A DNA stretch of 63,344 bases, filler included, from Choristocarpus tenellus KU-1152 (lineage: Eukaryota > Protista > Phaeophyceae): the NCBI GenBank assembly GCA_964200185.2. It is 10 parts of 10 records of this genome, joined end to end, with 100 filler letters (N's around TTAATTAATTAA, not from the genome) between each part and the next. Parts side by side here need not be neighbours in the genome. Positions count along the whole stretch, not along the records: positions 40,389 to 46,544 come from CAXNAD020008806.1; positions 46,645 to 52,861 come from CAXNAD020008660.1; positions 52,962 to 57,333 come from CAXNAD020014860.1; 7 more parts are not named here. One strand, written 5' to 3'. A model generated the notes under the pieces. The model was given only the letters and a program-made list of their open reading frames with translations, had not been told where the DNA came from and searched no databases. A program made the translations under genes and the position numbers. Numbering within the stretch: the stretch's first letter is position 1; every line of letters begins with the position of its first letter. This document shows, piece by piece, positions 44,094 through 57,246 of the stretch.

Positions 44094-44448
44094 CTACAGC
44101 AGGAAAGGACCTATCAAATACCGTTTACGACAGATAGTTTCTGTCACAATACAAGTGGCTCTATCAAGACGTGTAATGTGTTTTAAGCTGGAGACACCAG
44201 GGATATGTGCAAGGAGGGGCCTGTCAGATTCTTGGGATGCTTCCCAAGCTCCTCGCTCTGTGTTGTAGGGCGAAGCTAGGTTCGAGGCATAGGAGGGGAG
44301 TTGTGTAGTATAGCTGATAGTCAAATAGTATATAGGTTATCGAAAGATATCTTTCGCATTTACGACAAATGTTGCTTTTGCAGGGGTTATGAGATTGAAA
44401 TGGCTTTTCCCCCAACACATCTACAAAATGTGAGGAGGATAATATTAT
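44094..44448 (+). mobile_element. 5'-truncated copy of the CRE-like element
   Basis: RKGPIKYRLRQIVSVTIQVALSRRVMCFKLETPG matches the ORF C-terminus at about 62800-62900. It is followed by the shared 3' UTR. Confidence 0.8.
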
Positions 44449-46171
44449 ACCTTCTTTTTTTTTGCTAAGATGATTTTGTAGTGTAGGTGGTAGGTGGTGA
44501 TTCCTATTATATCTTATTCCTTAAATCTGAAGGAGACGTTTTCCTCCATGAACTTCGAGGGTTCGAATCCCTTTTACACCTTACTTCCATCCTCAGAAAT
44601 CTGGTTTCGATGATCCAATTTCACATGGGAAGTACAACGAATAGCACACCTCCAACTTGTATGTTGCTTGTCTGTGGCTGTATCGCTTAGTGATCTTATC
44701 ACTCAGTGCCAACGGCTATGGTTATCCACACTAATTTAGCGTTTGCTTTGCTCACGAATTCTGCATTATTATTATATTCTATGTTTGCACTCCACCCATT
44801 CCCCTCCTCCTCGTTGTACCACCACTTGTGACCAACCAGTGCGACCTCTTCTCCACTGATTTCCAGTCATCCCCCCCCCTGCGATGATCAACCAATGCGA
44901 ACCCCTTTCGCCAATGATTTCCGGCCACCGCCCACCTCTGGTGGTCATCCAGTTGCGACACCTTCGCCACTGATTTCCGGTCACCACCCCACCCTTCAAC
45001 CCCACTCAACCCCACATCACTTACCACTCCACCACACCATTCAACACCACCCCCCCCCACAAGACTTCCCCCACTTACCGCTTCCCAACTCCATTCAACA
45101 CCACTCAAGCTCCAAACACTTTCCCCTGCTTTCCGCTCCCCCACGCCACTCAACACCACTCCACAACCATCCAAGGACACCTCTTCACCATCCACTTCAT
45201 ATCATGCCTTTGAACTAGAAGATATCTACCCCACCCAAACTTGACCTCCGCCTCCCCTTACCCAGCATCCCATTCAGTCGTGAGCAAACGAAGGGTGGGT
45301 GGGTGCGAGAGATTGCTCGGAGGTTGTCTTGTTCTAGCCCCTCCTTGTCCTGTACCACCAGCCTTAGGTTTTCTTTACGTTCTGACCATTCCTTCTTAGC
45401 TCGTGCTTCCACCTACCACCCATTTCTTTAACTTCTCTCCTACCTCTTCTGCCTCCTAGTCACTCAGTACTTAACTCTTCGTTCAACCCTTTACTATTTT
45501 TTCTTTTTCCTTCCTCACCCCTCCCTTCCCTGTACTTCATTCCTACCGTAATTTTCCCGCTCGCAAAACTCAGATTACTTGATAAATTTTCCGGTTTGAG
45601 CCCCTTTGACACTGGATTTGTTTCCATGGTATTCTACTTTCAATTATGCTATTCCACATGACAACCTCAATGGATTGTACATTCGTACGTACGATCCTGT
45701 CTTTAGCTACACCACAAAAACGCCGGACCAAGATCAAGGTGGACTAAAATTAAATTGGAAACCGGGAGAAGATTCGAGGGAGGAAACAGAGTGATGAGTG
45801 GTGGGATCGAGTGCTGAACCCAACACGCGAGAAACAAGGCAGGAATGGATGCAGTACAATTAGTCGTAGTGCAACAGTTAGTCAGTATTAATAGTATGAG
45901 AAGCAGTGCACTATGTAGTGCCTCTGATTATTGCTGGCGCGTTCCCTGAAAAATGTGATACAAAACAAATAATAGTAATAACTATCGTTATTATTATTAT
46001 CACTAACAAATATTCCGAAGCCAACATGACATGAACTAAACGTGGTACGCCTACCTGTATACGCTTAGTATATAATTTTGCCAACGGAAATTTCACGGAT
46101 GTTATCATAGAGGGAATATTTCACGAGAAAAGTAAGGAAAGGAATACAGCATCATGATAACAACAGTTTCT

Positions 46172-46409
46172 GAGTCAAAGCATCTTAGAGGAAGAGCCGT
46201 GTCTGTTTGGCGGTCAATATCCAATGTTTTAAGTTTGATGTAATTTGATTATCATGTTTGTTACGAAGTGTCAATATCCTTGTTCCAGACACCTTTTCAT
46301 AATAACATAACATTTCGGAGTAGGTAAAATGTCATAAAAAGAACGTGGGAATCCAAGTCCCAAATGGACAAACAGGGCAAAACTCCTACCCTCTAAGATG
46401 CTTTCACTC
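46172..46409. mobile_element. MITE family A copy 6
   Basis: GAGTCAAAGCATCTTAGAGG...TACCCTCTAAGATGCTTTCACTC; 3-bp TSD TCT. Confidence 0.9.
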
Positions 46410-46417
46410 TCTGTATT

Positions 46418-46544
46418 GGGTCAAAGTATCTAGGGGGGGGTGTCGGTGTCCGTTTTTCACCCTTTTTTCGATCTTCATTTTTTTGGTGTGATTTGGTCGC
46501 ACGTGTCAGATTTGAAATGTCAGCAAAAAAAGAGTTGTTTGACC
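46418..46544. mobile_element. MITE family B2 left part at the contig end
   Basis: GGGTCAAAGTATCTAGGGGGGGGTGTCGGTGTCCGTTTTTCACCC, matching window positions 1-105. Confidence 0.83.
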
Positions 46545-46644
46545 NNNNNNNNNNNNNNNNNNNNNNNNNNNNNNNNNNNNNNNNNNNNTTAATTAATTAA
46601 NNNNNNNNNNNNNNNNNNNNNNNNNNNNNNNNNNNNNNNNNNNN

Positions 46645-46717
46645 CATAGCATCGTTTAAGGTCGTTGGATTTGAGTTGTACATCCTGGAAGGTGAGCATT
46701 GAGGGGCGCATGTAACA
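46645..46717. mobile_element. Family D terminus; another terminus ends at 48579
   Basis: The reverse complement TGTTACATGCGCCCCTCAATGCTCACC...CAAATCCAACGACCTTAAACG matches 41407-41478. CTATTCGCCTGTAACA at 48564-48579 matches 41984-41999. Confidence 0.7.
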
Positions 46718-49700
46718 GATACAGTGTATTGCGGCCATCTTGGTTGGTGTAAGCTCCGAAGGTCGCCCACTACGTGCCGCCACCCCTAGGTCAAGCATGT
46801 GACCATGGGACACTCCAAACTCTGCTGCGAGGGCTGGCCCAAAGTGTCGTGGCAATTTATACTCACCAAGGACCATCGCAAGGGCGTGCCGCACTGCAAG
46901 TGCAACCCTGGTATTCAGGGACACTTGGACACCCTTCCTATGCGGAGGGGTCGACGGGGGGGTTGCCATGCTGACGTTCTGACCCTCGACATGCCCAGTT
47001 CTGTCCTCAAAATCACCCCAACAGATCCCTACTTTGACGGCTTGAAGCACCTCGAGTTTGTGCCTGATGATCCTCGACCGCCACTTTTTGTTAAAGCTGA
47101 GAATGTCAACCCTCCAAGATACTCTGGGCCATATCCTTTAGTCCTGTGAGCACAACTTCAAACTGTTAACACGATCACAAACAGATAAAGAATTCTTGAA
47201 ACCGCTATGAAACCGTGACCCTCGGGTAGTGTATCTTAGCCAGACCACCATAACAAGGTTGGTTAATCCATGTTATGAAAGCACTGTGTTTTGAAAATGT
47301 TGATATCCTCCACCTATTGAACTGATAGAACGATCACAATATGATTTTGGGTCCCGAAAAAAAGACTCTGAAACTGGCACTTTGAGATTCCATCACTGTC
47401 GCTACGGTTGCTCCAGCCACCTCTTGGTATCCTGCTACCATCAGAACAGGAGAGTGGTCATCATAAACGATTTTGGATCCTCAAATAACTTTGAAACACT
47501 ATGTGGGTTGGATATTTTTCAACATATATACAAAACTAGAAAACAAGAAGATTCCTGAAAAGAGAGGTAGGCCACAAGAAGGGTGTGGTTCTAATTCCAC
47601 CTTAATACTTCAATCCTCAGGTGCTGTAGTCAAACGGGATCAGAACAAATAGGGAGGGTGAAACCCCGATTTTTCTGGAAGCCATGTGATATGTGTTGAC
47701 GAGATGAGACAAATTGAGGTTGGGTAGTTATTGGTGTGGTTTGACATCAGATACAGAGAGCAACTCACATAATGTTCTAATGAACCTCAGCGCTGAAGCT
47801 GCTTGTGGAGTGAGTGTCTATCTTTAAGGGCTTATGACATTGGGACCTCGCATTCGGTAACAATTGAACTCATAGTTGCTGCTCAGGCCAATCTTTGGTA
47901 TAGGGTGACCATTGGACAACTAGTGGAACGGGCGCAGGATTGGATCCTTGAAACCACTCTGAAACTAAAATTTCTTTGTGTTTCGCTGGAAAAGAAAAGT
48001 AAAAACAAGACAAGATGGATATCTTGCAAAAATGCAAACACTATGAAGTAGGTAAGATGGCAGCGCTGCCTTCTATTGAGAACAGATTTTTTTAACGCAA
48101 ATATCCTCCACTTTTTACGATATTGCATAATAATAAAAATTATATTGCTGCAATCCTTTGGTGTACCTGAGTGATACCGTGCAAAATAGGTGGACTCACT
48201 CTTCAATGTGGTGAAAACAATGGGGAATTAGCAACTTAAAAGGGCGGATGCCTTGGAGGTTTAAAGCATCCGTTTATCTGCCTGGTCTGAATGAAGCACT
48301 GAGGAGGGCAACTGGGCTCGTTTGTCGTAACATTAACCTTTCCTGTTTCAGGAAGTGTGTAAAACGTGTTGATCAGGGTTAGCATTGAATGGGCGAGGTG
48401 GGAGAAGAGTTAGGTTGTTGCAGTGGAAGAAGCGAGAATAAGAGTGATTGAGCAAAAAAAATCAAGGTACCAAGTGATCGTACTCTGCAACTTTTAGCAA
48501 CTCGGAGCTCCCCACACGTATATACTTCTCGCGCTTGTTAGAGCGCGGGAAGAAATACTTACACTATTCGCCTGTAACAAAATTGTTCGATCGGTTGTTG
48601 CGTAGGATATGTGCCACACCAGAGTAGAGTATGGACAAGGAAGGATTATAGTTATTGTCAAAAATGCGTGTAAAAGACACGTTTAGACCGATAGAGGATC
48701 TAGCAGAACGATGTCAATAAGTTCGCATAAACCTTCCAACACTATATATATAGTGTTATAACTCATACTTCAAGTTGGGTGGAGGTCTTCTCCAGGTTGG
48801 TGGGTCTTGTTCACTGCAACCTTGGAACAGTTACGTTGCAGTATGGCTATAAAATTATAATTGGGTCCACCCAGATGCATGAGAAATAGCGAACGAAGAT
48901 TCGATTCCCAAACCATTAGAAGTCGGAAAAGCAAGATCCTTACCTGAAGGAGGAAATTTAGAGGCAGAAGGATACCAAGGAGGAGGACAGAATACCCGTT
49001 CTGTACCAGGTTTTACATGGACGACGATGCTTGTAGGTAGAATTACATAACTTGATTTGAATGGTTCAAAATGATCAAAGGCATCATGTTAATTGATTTC
49101 GTCCATCTTACATTGTTTGGGGAAGGAGAAATCAATAAATTCTCAGGTGGTACAACGCAAAAAACCCCCAATGGGATGCTGAGATGGTATTGTTCGTACA
49201 CCTCCTTGTGGATACGCATAACATGCGAGCAGTATCACCTCCTACAAAACTGCAAAGCGTCGCGGAATCATTGACACAGAATCAACTAGATTCGAGAAAA
49301 AAAAAGAGGCTACAGTTAAAGAGAGGTGTTGATACTAGCAGGAAAGCCTTTTCGCATGCATTGTAGGTAGTACGAGCTGGAAGGTACTTCGTATAGCAAC
49401 TCTTCAAGTTGACAGGACTTCATGAAATATTGTAGGGGCAAACTATTTTGAGAGGTTGTGAAATTGACCATAATGAATTCTAGGGAGATATCGAATAGTG
49501 GCGGTGGGTATTGGAGACAATCTGGAATCGGGGAGAAGGTGAATCATTGTCAGCTCCGTTTTACCAAAACATTGAGAGGCCCCGAAAGAGACGCTGGTGG
49601 TCTGGTGCGTGTGGAAGGGTCATGTGGGGAGGTTATTGTCCAGAGTTGAGGGCTCGGTGGAAATGTGAGTTTCTACACAGCCTGACAAAGACAGTGGGAA

Positions 49701-50906
49701 GACATGATGAAACTTCAGTGAATGTTCTGGAGTGATTAGGGATGGCAATTGACAGGTTGGGTGATGGTAGTGGGTTTAAGAGATGCACCGGTAGAGAGAG
49801 GAGAGCCGACATAAATAATGGGAGATCATTCATTGGCAATCCAATGCGGGAAATAAATTGTGGGGGGGCAAAGGATAGAAGGGCAGGTTACTCTATGAGA
49901 CTTTTCGGGTTCCTAGAAACACAACTGGGTTGGTGTCACAAGGCTAGGCACGTTAAGGAATTCTTCACTGTATAGCGGACGGGATTTCAGATGGAAAAGT
50001 GAAGAAATACCACACTGCTAACACAAGAATGTGTACCCTGTAGGTACCTATGGATTCCATGGCAGGAGGTGCCTCTAGGACAGAAGGTACAATGAACTAG
50101 TAGCCAAACTGACCAAAGGAGGGATCGCCGACAGCATTCTGGCAACATATAGATGAGGCCTTAGACAGTGGACACAGTTTCGCCAGAGGAAATACTCCAG
50201 AGTATGTAGGAGGATTTTCGCGAAAAGAGGGCGAAGGGGAGGATAAAAAGTAGTCAAGGAGATTCCAAAGCTTGTACCATTTTGTTAAGGGGAAGGGGCA
50301 AACAAAGATTCGTCAAGTATGTCGGAAATTGCAGGTCTCAACCACACACATATAATGGTAGGTAGATGGGAGCTACCGACAGAGGTCATTCCAATGTGAA
50401 AATTAGATGGCGAAAACGTGCAGCAAAGCCACATGGGGATCATGTTTGTTCAGGAAACAAATATTAAGGAGACCTTTGGAATTGGGAGGAATTTCTACGG
50501 GCACAATGAGATAAAGGAAAGAGACGATATGTATGGGATCGATAGGTTGTACTACTTCTCTTGTGCAGGACATTAGAATAGTTTGCAGAAGAATACGATA
50601 TGGCTGGGAAAGTCTGTCTACTAGAAGAGGATGTTACGTTTTAGGTGGAACAGAAACGACTCATATTGTAAGAGGAATGAGGATATAAGAGTAGAATTTC
50701 TATTCAAAAGGGGAAAACAGACCAACGCATGGAAGCGATGGTTGTAGGCTAGATGGAGGTCTACAATAAGAGGGGTGGGCTAGAGATCCTTGAGGAGCTC
50801 TAAGTGTGTATGTCCCGTTGGGATTCAGAAAGCGTGAAGGTGGAAACCGAGGGCGTTTTTGATCTATATGTGAAAGAAGCTGTGCAGGCAGCTTGAAGAG
50901 AGTTTC

Positions 50907-51175
50907 GAGTCAAAGTATCTTAGAGGGTACAGCCGCGTCCATTTGGGGACCAAAATTCAATGTTCCAATTTTGATGTAATTTTGATGTAATTTTGATTAT
51001 CATGTTTGTTAGGAGATATCAATATCCTTGTCTGGACACTCCTTTTCATAACTTACACATTTTACCTACTGCGAAACATTTTGGAGTACGTAAAATGTTA
51101 ATAAAAGCCCATGGGAAGCCAAGCTACACATGGACAAACAGGACAAACTTCATACCCTCTAAGATACATTCACTC
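50907..51175. mobile_element. MITE family A copy 7
   Basis: GAGTCAAAGTATCTTAGAGGGTA...TACCCTCTAAGATACATTCACTC; 4-bp TSD TTTC. Confidence 0.92.
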
Positions 51176-52961
51176 TTTCAGATGCATTAGATGACGTTTG
51201 ATTTGGGGAGAAGGTGTTTAGGGGAGTTTATGTGGGAAGGTTTGGGTTACTTGAGGTTCCTACAAAAGGTTCTCAAAGAAGGGCTTGGGTAGGTTACTGT
51301 TCTAGTTTATGTTCTACAAGTGGAAGTAACCGTGGTGGGTTTCTCCAAAGGCGGTAGCATCTTTGGTGCGCAAATGGCCTAACCATTTTGCCGCAGTCCA
51401 GGTCTCTCGTTGTGGCAACTGGAGCCTACTAACAATCCACTTTCGAGAGTAAAACAAAAAAAATACTATTTTTCCGTGTGGGAACTCTAATGTGCGTTGA
51501 GCAGGAGAAAGTCTGTGTGTAGTGAGAAGTGAAGGCTGAAGATTTTATGTTCAAGTTGTTAGAAAAGAGTTGGAATTTAGAGAGAGAGAGAGAGAGGGAG
51601 ATGTTAGATTCTAATACAATGGTAGAGTAGAGGGGTTGGTGGATAGAGAGGGAAGGAAGAGGTTGAGGTTGAGATTGAGGGAAGAGTCTGGGGTCGAATC
51701 AATTCCCACCCACCCATACCTCTTTTCCTTTGCTGGCATGCTCGTGGCTGAGAATGGAGGGGAAACCTACTCGTGTCAGTAATGTATATATATCGGTGTG
51801 GTTTTCTCGACAGGGGGGGGACTTCGGCAGGTTGCTGCTCTCCAGAAATAGGGAATAACCAGTGGAGGGGCTGTTCTCTGAAGGTGGGAGAAGGTTTGGT
51901 TAGGAAGTGGACGAACCATCAAGAAGAGAGAGAGAGAGAGAATCTGGTTGGAAGAAACTTGAAGGTACAAATAATGATAACCCACTTTTTTGACCAAATA
52001 CTATCGGATGGGGTATAAAATAACCCGAAATTGTTCCACTTATAACAGCAGATTTCAAAAATTGAGGATGGAGCTTTTCATTGAGGATGGGCTTGACTCA
52101 AAATTGACTGGGATAAAGTGTCGATATGTTTGTTTTTGGCTGTTTTATCAGTATCTATGGTTTCTTGGGACATCGTCTCTGTCCAACACTAGGGTGGTTC
52201 TCCAAAACGGAGAGTTCCTCCATACACTTCAACATTACCTTCCCCACATATCATACTAACATACGGTGACACTTGTCTTCGGACTTTCTATACAGTACTC
52301 TATGCCCATAATTGTTTTTTGTACATGTTTCGTAAGACAATAATAAATGGTATGATAAAATAGTATTTTATAGTAATTACATGATAGAAAAATATCATCC
52401 ATATTTACGACTCCTACTTTAACATTTTTTGTTGGAATTTCCCGACACACACATCTCCAAAATGTTCGATAGTATAATAATATTTGACTTGTTGAGTATA
52501 TATATATATTAGGAACTACTTTCTCGACCAACACTTGTAGATACAACTTACAACCTTCTGAACGACAAAAAGGAATAATAGAATAGTTTCCCTTACGAGA
52601 GTTCCACAGTCTAGACATATCTGTGGTCGACCCCTAATCAAACAAACGGACTCATCCTGTTTGAAGCAACCCTCTCCTTGTGAAATCTGCGACACTAGGT
52701 GTTCGACGGAGCAAGTCATGATTGGGAAATCTTGTGTATGTTCCTTCTCCTTGGGCGACTTGGCTATGGGGATGCTGTGGGCTGCCCATTTGGTCACCGC
52801 AGTAATGTACTCCTTCCTGCTGATCGTCTCCTCGCAAGCACAGCCTTAGCTGGCCCGTCAGNNNNNNNNNNNNNNNNNNNNNNNNNNNNNNNNNNNNNNN
52901 NNNNNTTAATTAATTAANNNNNNNNNNNNNNNNNNNNNNNNNNNNNNNNNNNNNNNNNNNN

Positions 52962-53002
52962 CCAAATGGACAGCTGCCACCCCCTCCCAGATACTTTGAG
53001 CC
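52962..53002. mobile_element. MITE family B1 terminus, 4 bp inside an E1 intron
   Basis: CCAAATGGACAGCTGCCACCCCCTCCCAGATACTTTGAGCC. Confidence 0.8.
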
Positions 53003-53006
53003 ACAC

Positions 53007-56000
53007 CTCTGGGAAGATACGCACAAGCTGCAAGATCCCATCCCGAAATAGCTGGAGGAATTTCGTTGCAGCCTCTCGAACACATGCTTCGAAGTCCACC
53101 GCAAAGTTCAACGTTTCCCAAAGCAAGCTCAGCCTCTCCAAGGTATCGACTCCTTTGTTATAGTCTAAGTAATCTTGAATGGATGACTGCACCTATACCC
53201 ATGGTAGATAGAGCGAAGATAGAAGGAGTGATAGTTGCAGTGAAGGCGTGAATGGGGGTAGAATGAGGAGTCCAGTGTGTTGAAGATAGGAGTGGGAATT
53301 CTTCTCGGTCACAGCTACTAGGCATCTTCATGAATTTCGGCTTTGTGCCCTGTACAATGGTTACTCTATTTTGTGCCTCTCAAGTGCTTCTAACTCTTCT
53401 ACAACTTGATTTTCCAGGTATTAATGGCGCTTGATTGTGCGAACATGTATTTCTGGATGAGCTGTATGTGACCTCGAGAGTTCAGTTACTACTAACAGTA
53501 TGCTCTATATATTAAACTATCAAATGTCATGTAGTCTATGTAAGAGTAAACAGGTTATATTTTCCTTTCACTTCAATTTCTCCTTGATCTTATTTGAGGT
53601 GTGTGACCTACTGTTGACAATGTTTCTTGTGAGTGCCTTTCTCTCGTACAGGTTTGATTTTGCGAATTCTTGGGTCAGAACATTGATTTCCTGGATGTTA
53701 ACACCAAGATTTGAGCAAGAATTTTCCAGTGAACTGCACAGGGTGTGTGTGGGGGATGAAAGAGGTCACCTGCAGACACAAGTATTCAAATGATGGAGGA
53801 TGATGAAATTGAGTTCTGTGGTTTGTATTAGTGAAGGTGCTGGTTGGAGAGAACGAGTTGCTTGAATCTAAAACGCGTAGTATCAATAGCCTTTGAAACC
53901 GATTTTTTCAGTTGGCCCCATTGATTGAGCTCTATTGCAGGGGACATACTCCGGTATGGGTGTGAATATTGAAGGTGGTGTATCCGGTCACAGTTTGCCT
54001 CTAAATTTATTCTTGGCAGAATTCTTTTAATTCAATACTGAGCAAGCATTAGGGTAAGGGTTGCGACGTTTCAAAGGATCGTTCTCCAACATTGCACACT
54101 CCACTTTTTTCGGGGTGTCTTTTGCGTTGTTGATAGTGTGGAACCACATCCTACTTCGCATCATACTGCATACCAAAAGGGCCATGAGGGTAAGGCGAGA
54201 GCTCTGGTATCAGGCATAGGGTTAGGTCTAGGTTACTTACCTTGCCCACTCCACGCAGTGTCCGATGTTGTGAGGGAAGTTCATGCAGGCGCACATGGAA
54301 ATGCTATCATCCGCTTGAGGCTTTGACCCATCAGCATAGCTAGCAGTAATGTGAGGCATGACCACCTTTTTTTAGTTTGTGTGTCGTTTTTAGTGTCTTT
54401 GCGGTGGGTTATCAAAAGACTATATTGGGGTGGTGCAACGACACAACTTGACTTGATTGTTTGTTTGGATCTTCATCGCAGAGGAATTGGCACAGATGAT
54501 AAATTGCAATGAGGTGCAGGTGAATGCATCTCTTTGACAGGTCTTACAAATGAAGACTAACATATTCCTCCCTTGCCCTTGGTGGAATGGAAAAACAAAT
54601 TCCATGATCTCAAATTGGTTCAACATGAAGATATTGAATAAGTGAAATCCACCCTCACTCGGACATATGCATGGATAGATGAGATCAAGATTTACTAATA
54701 CATCACATCATAAGTCAAAACACACCATCAGACAGCTTTCCTACACACATGCCACCAGTACACACATTCTCTTGTGCGCATACTACCAGTGTATGATCAG
54801 CCAGGTTACACACATTCTCCTGTATGCACAGTACCAGTGTGCAAGGAAACCACATTATTTTAGGGGACTTCAAAACTTTGGTAGGTGTTTATGCACACGG
54901 TACATAACAATAGCCACTCATACGCAGTCCTTTTCACTTGTCAAAATATGTGTGTACATATTCAACATCTTGGTGCAAAAATTGAGTGAGGGCATGGCAA
55001 CTAGGCTTTGCTCGATCACTACACAGCGCACCTTGAATGCCTCAAGCATACTTGTACATGGGCCAAGGATTCTAGGCAAATGTCCTTGAACCTTGGTGGA
55101 CAAGTCCGCTACCATCGTGCGGTAATCTTTTTGAGAAATCTATTTAGCCCCTCAAATGCAAGAAAATACCAGAGAGTGATCCAAGTGTAATGTTACCAAC
55201 CTGGACGTTGCACTTGGTTCCCAAAGCTCCTGACTCCGCCATAGGCTTACAATGAAATACACACCTGGGACAAAATGGGAAGTTCTACAATTACGGCTAG
55301 AGATGGTGTGTGGATTTGAGGTAGCAAGATGCCTTGGAGTTTCTCACAAACTTGCAGACGATGACTCATCTCTCTTTGACTAGTTTGTGCATGCTATTGT
55401 CTATTACATGACAAGAACACACCCAAGGGACTGAATTTTGATCAACAATGTGTGGTTGATATACACTCAAAAACTTGAAATATTAATTTATTCCTTGAAG
55501 CACAAAGTAAATATTGCACTGTTGCCACGGTGCCCCTCTTCTGCCATGTATATATCTGAGGAATAACTCTCGAAATTTTTACTTCATATATGTGTGTTTT
55601 GCATCAAATGAACGAGGGCAGGTTAGGGGGGTGAAGGCATTTGAGGCCAAAGTTTATAATTTCTACTTTCCTACCACTGGCAACAGCAGGTTGTGTGGTC
55701 AGCCTATCCCAACCTTCCATGTGCGCCCTTGGCTCCCTTTGATAGGCCTACCTGGAGTCGACATAGAGTTTTTCATCTTGACTGCCAAGTGTATTGGTGA
55801 CAAAGTCTAGGCCTTCCCAGAAAGTGTCAGCAAAACTGCTCTTCGTGCTGGTAGACACAATTTCTTTCTTGATGTCAAACTTTCAGCGAGACAAAGGAGA
55901 AATATGAGAAGTACAAGTCGGAATGTGATGTCAGTACGGAGATTGGTCTGATAAAATACAGTTTCTAGGGGTCAGGGTAACTACAGAAGAGTTTTGGTCG

Positions 56001-57246
56001 ATGCTAAGAGTATTCCAGGCTGCACTCTTAAGGATGGATTGTGGGCTAGGGTCTTGAGTATAGGGATAATGTTTGAGCATTTGCATTGGGTAGGCTTTAT
56101 GATATTGAGCAAGCATAGGGCTCTCTCCAGGGGGCATCAATGGCTTACGTGTTGATGGATTACTAGATTAGCTCTTGCATTTGTAGAAGGAAGCATGAAT
56201 GTACTGATAGGAGAAATGGGAAATACAGGCATTAATGATGGTGATAGAGAAGAAGAGTGTGGCAGGGTTTTGGGTCTTGAATATTTTGTTGAAATATAAA
56301 GTTTTGTAGTTGGGAAACGGAAAATGATTGTGTTACGAGGCACTTCATTGTGGTTCTCAAGGACTGATATGAAGTTAGAAATTGGAAGACTGAGTAGAGG
56401 CTGAGGTGTTATGGAATCAGGAACAAGGTTTGTTCACTGTATGCTCAGAGAGATTGGTAATATGGCGTATGCATTTGGCTAAAGATAATGTACTTGGGGC
56501 AAGGGACCCACGACGAGGTTAGAGGGGTGGAAGAGACTGGGCTCATGTTGAACTTGTCAACTGAGAGACAAATGGTGAAGCACTACTCAAGGTCCCGGTG
56601 AAGTTGCTACAATCACATACCCCACCACACCCAACCCTATTGCCATGCACTAGTATCATTGCAACACGCACATGCATTCCCTCCCTACCCTAGGACATGA
56701 TGGATCACCAGTCCTGTTTCCTGTTACATATTTTCCAAGTGCTTGGGCTCGCATCTAACAGAATAATTTGACACCTTAAATGCAGAACATGCTTCAAAGT
56801 AGAACATAGCAAACCGGAAGGGCTAAGGTGACCCTATTCGCTTAAGGCTTCTCCTTTGTCGATATAACGAGTCAAAGGGAGTTGGTTTTCATGCCAATCA
56901 AGGAACTATTCAAGTAACTTGTTTTAGCCTAGGCCACCTGATTATAGCCTCCCATATTTTTTTGGGGGGGGATTTGTCTACTGGCTTATGATTGGCTTGA
57001 CCCCCACCCTTCCTACCCCCCAAAACCCAAGGATATAAATCTTATTTTAGATATCGGGCCTCAGTCGTCTCATGACGTCAATACTATCCAAAATTGGGGT
57101 TGGCCCTATTCTCATTTCAATCCAGTCTTATATCCACACACATTGATATCTGTGTTAATCACCCTGGCTGCTGCAGCAGCGACCTCGCTCTTGGACTGCC
57201 CCACATGATGTTCACAGAACATGAATGGACGGTTGAGGTTGGATAC
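53007..57246 (-). pseudogene. Ubiquitin-activating enzyme E1 (UBA1-type) gene fragment, divergent or decaying. Exons 57246-57142, 55879-55752, 55264-55201, 54365-54241, about 53192-53007
   Basis: Spliced text VSNLNRPFMF...VGQSKSEVAAAAA / DTFWEGLDFVTN...LYVDSR / CVFHCKPMAESGALGTKCNVQ / VVMPHITASY...SMCACMNFPHNIGHCVEWAR / FEACV...LFRDGILQLVRIFPE follows E1 order. E1 homology is firm; pseudogene versus divergent paralog is unresolved. Confidence 0.85.

Noticed and set aside
48600-50900. Possible decayed retroelement coding region; similar texture at about 57450-59280
   Set aside because: I could not read any diagnostic RT, integrase or recombinase motif, so it is left unannotated.
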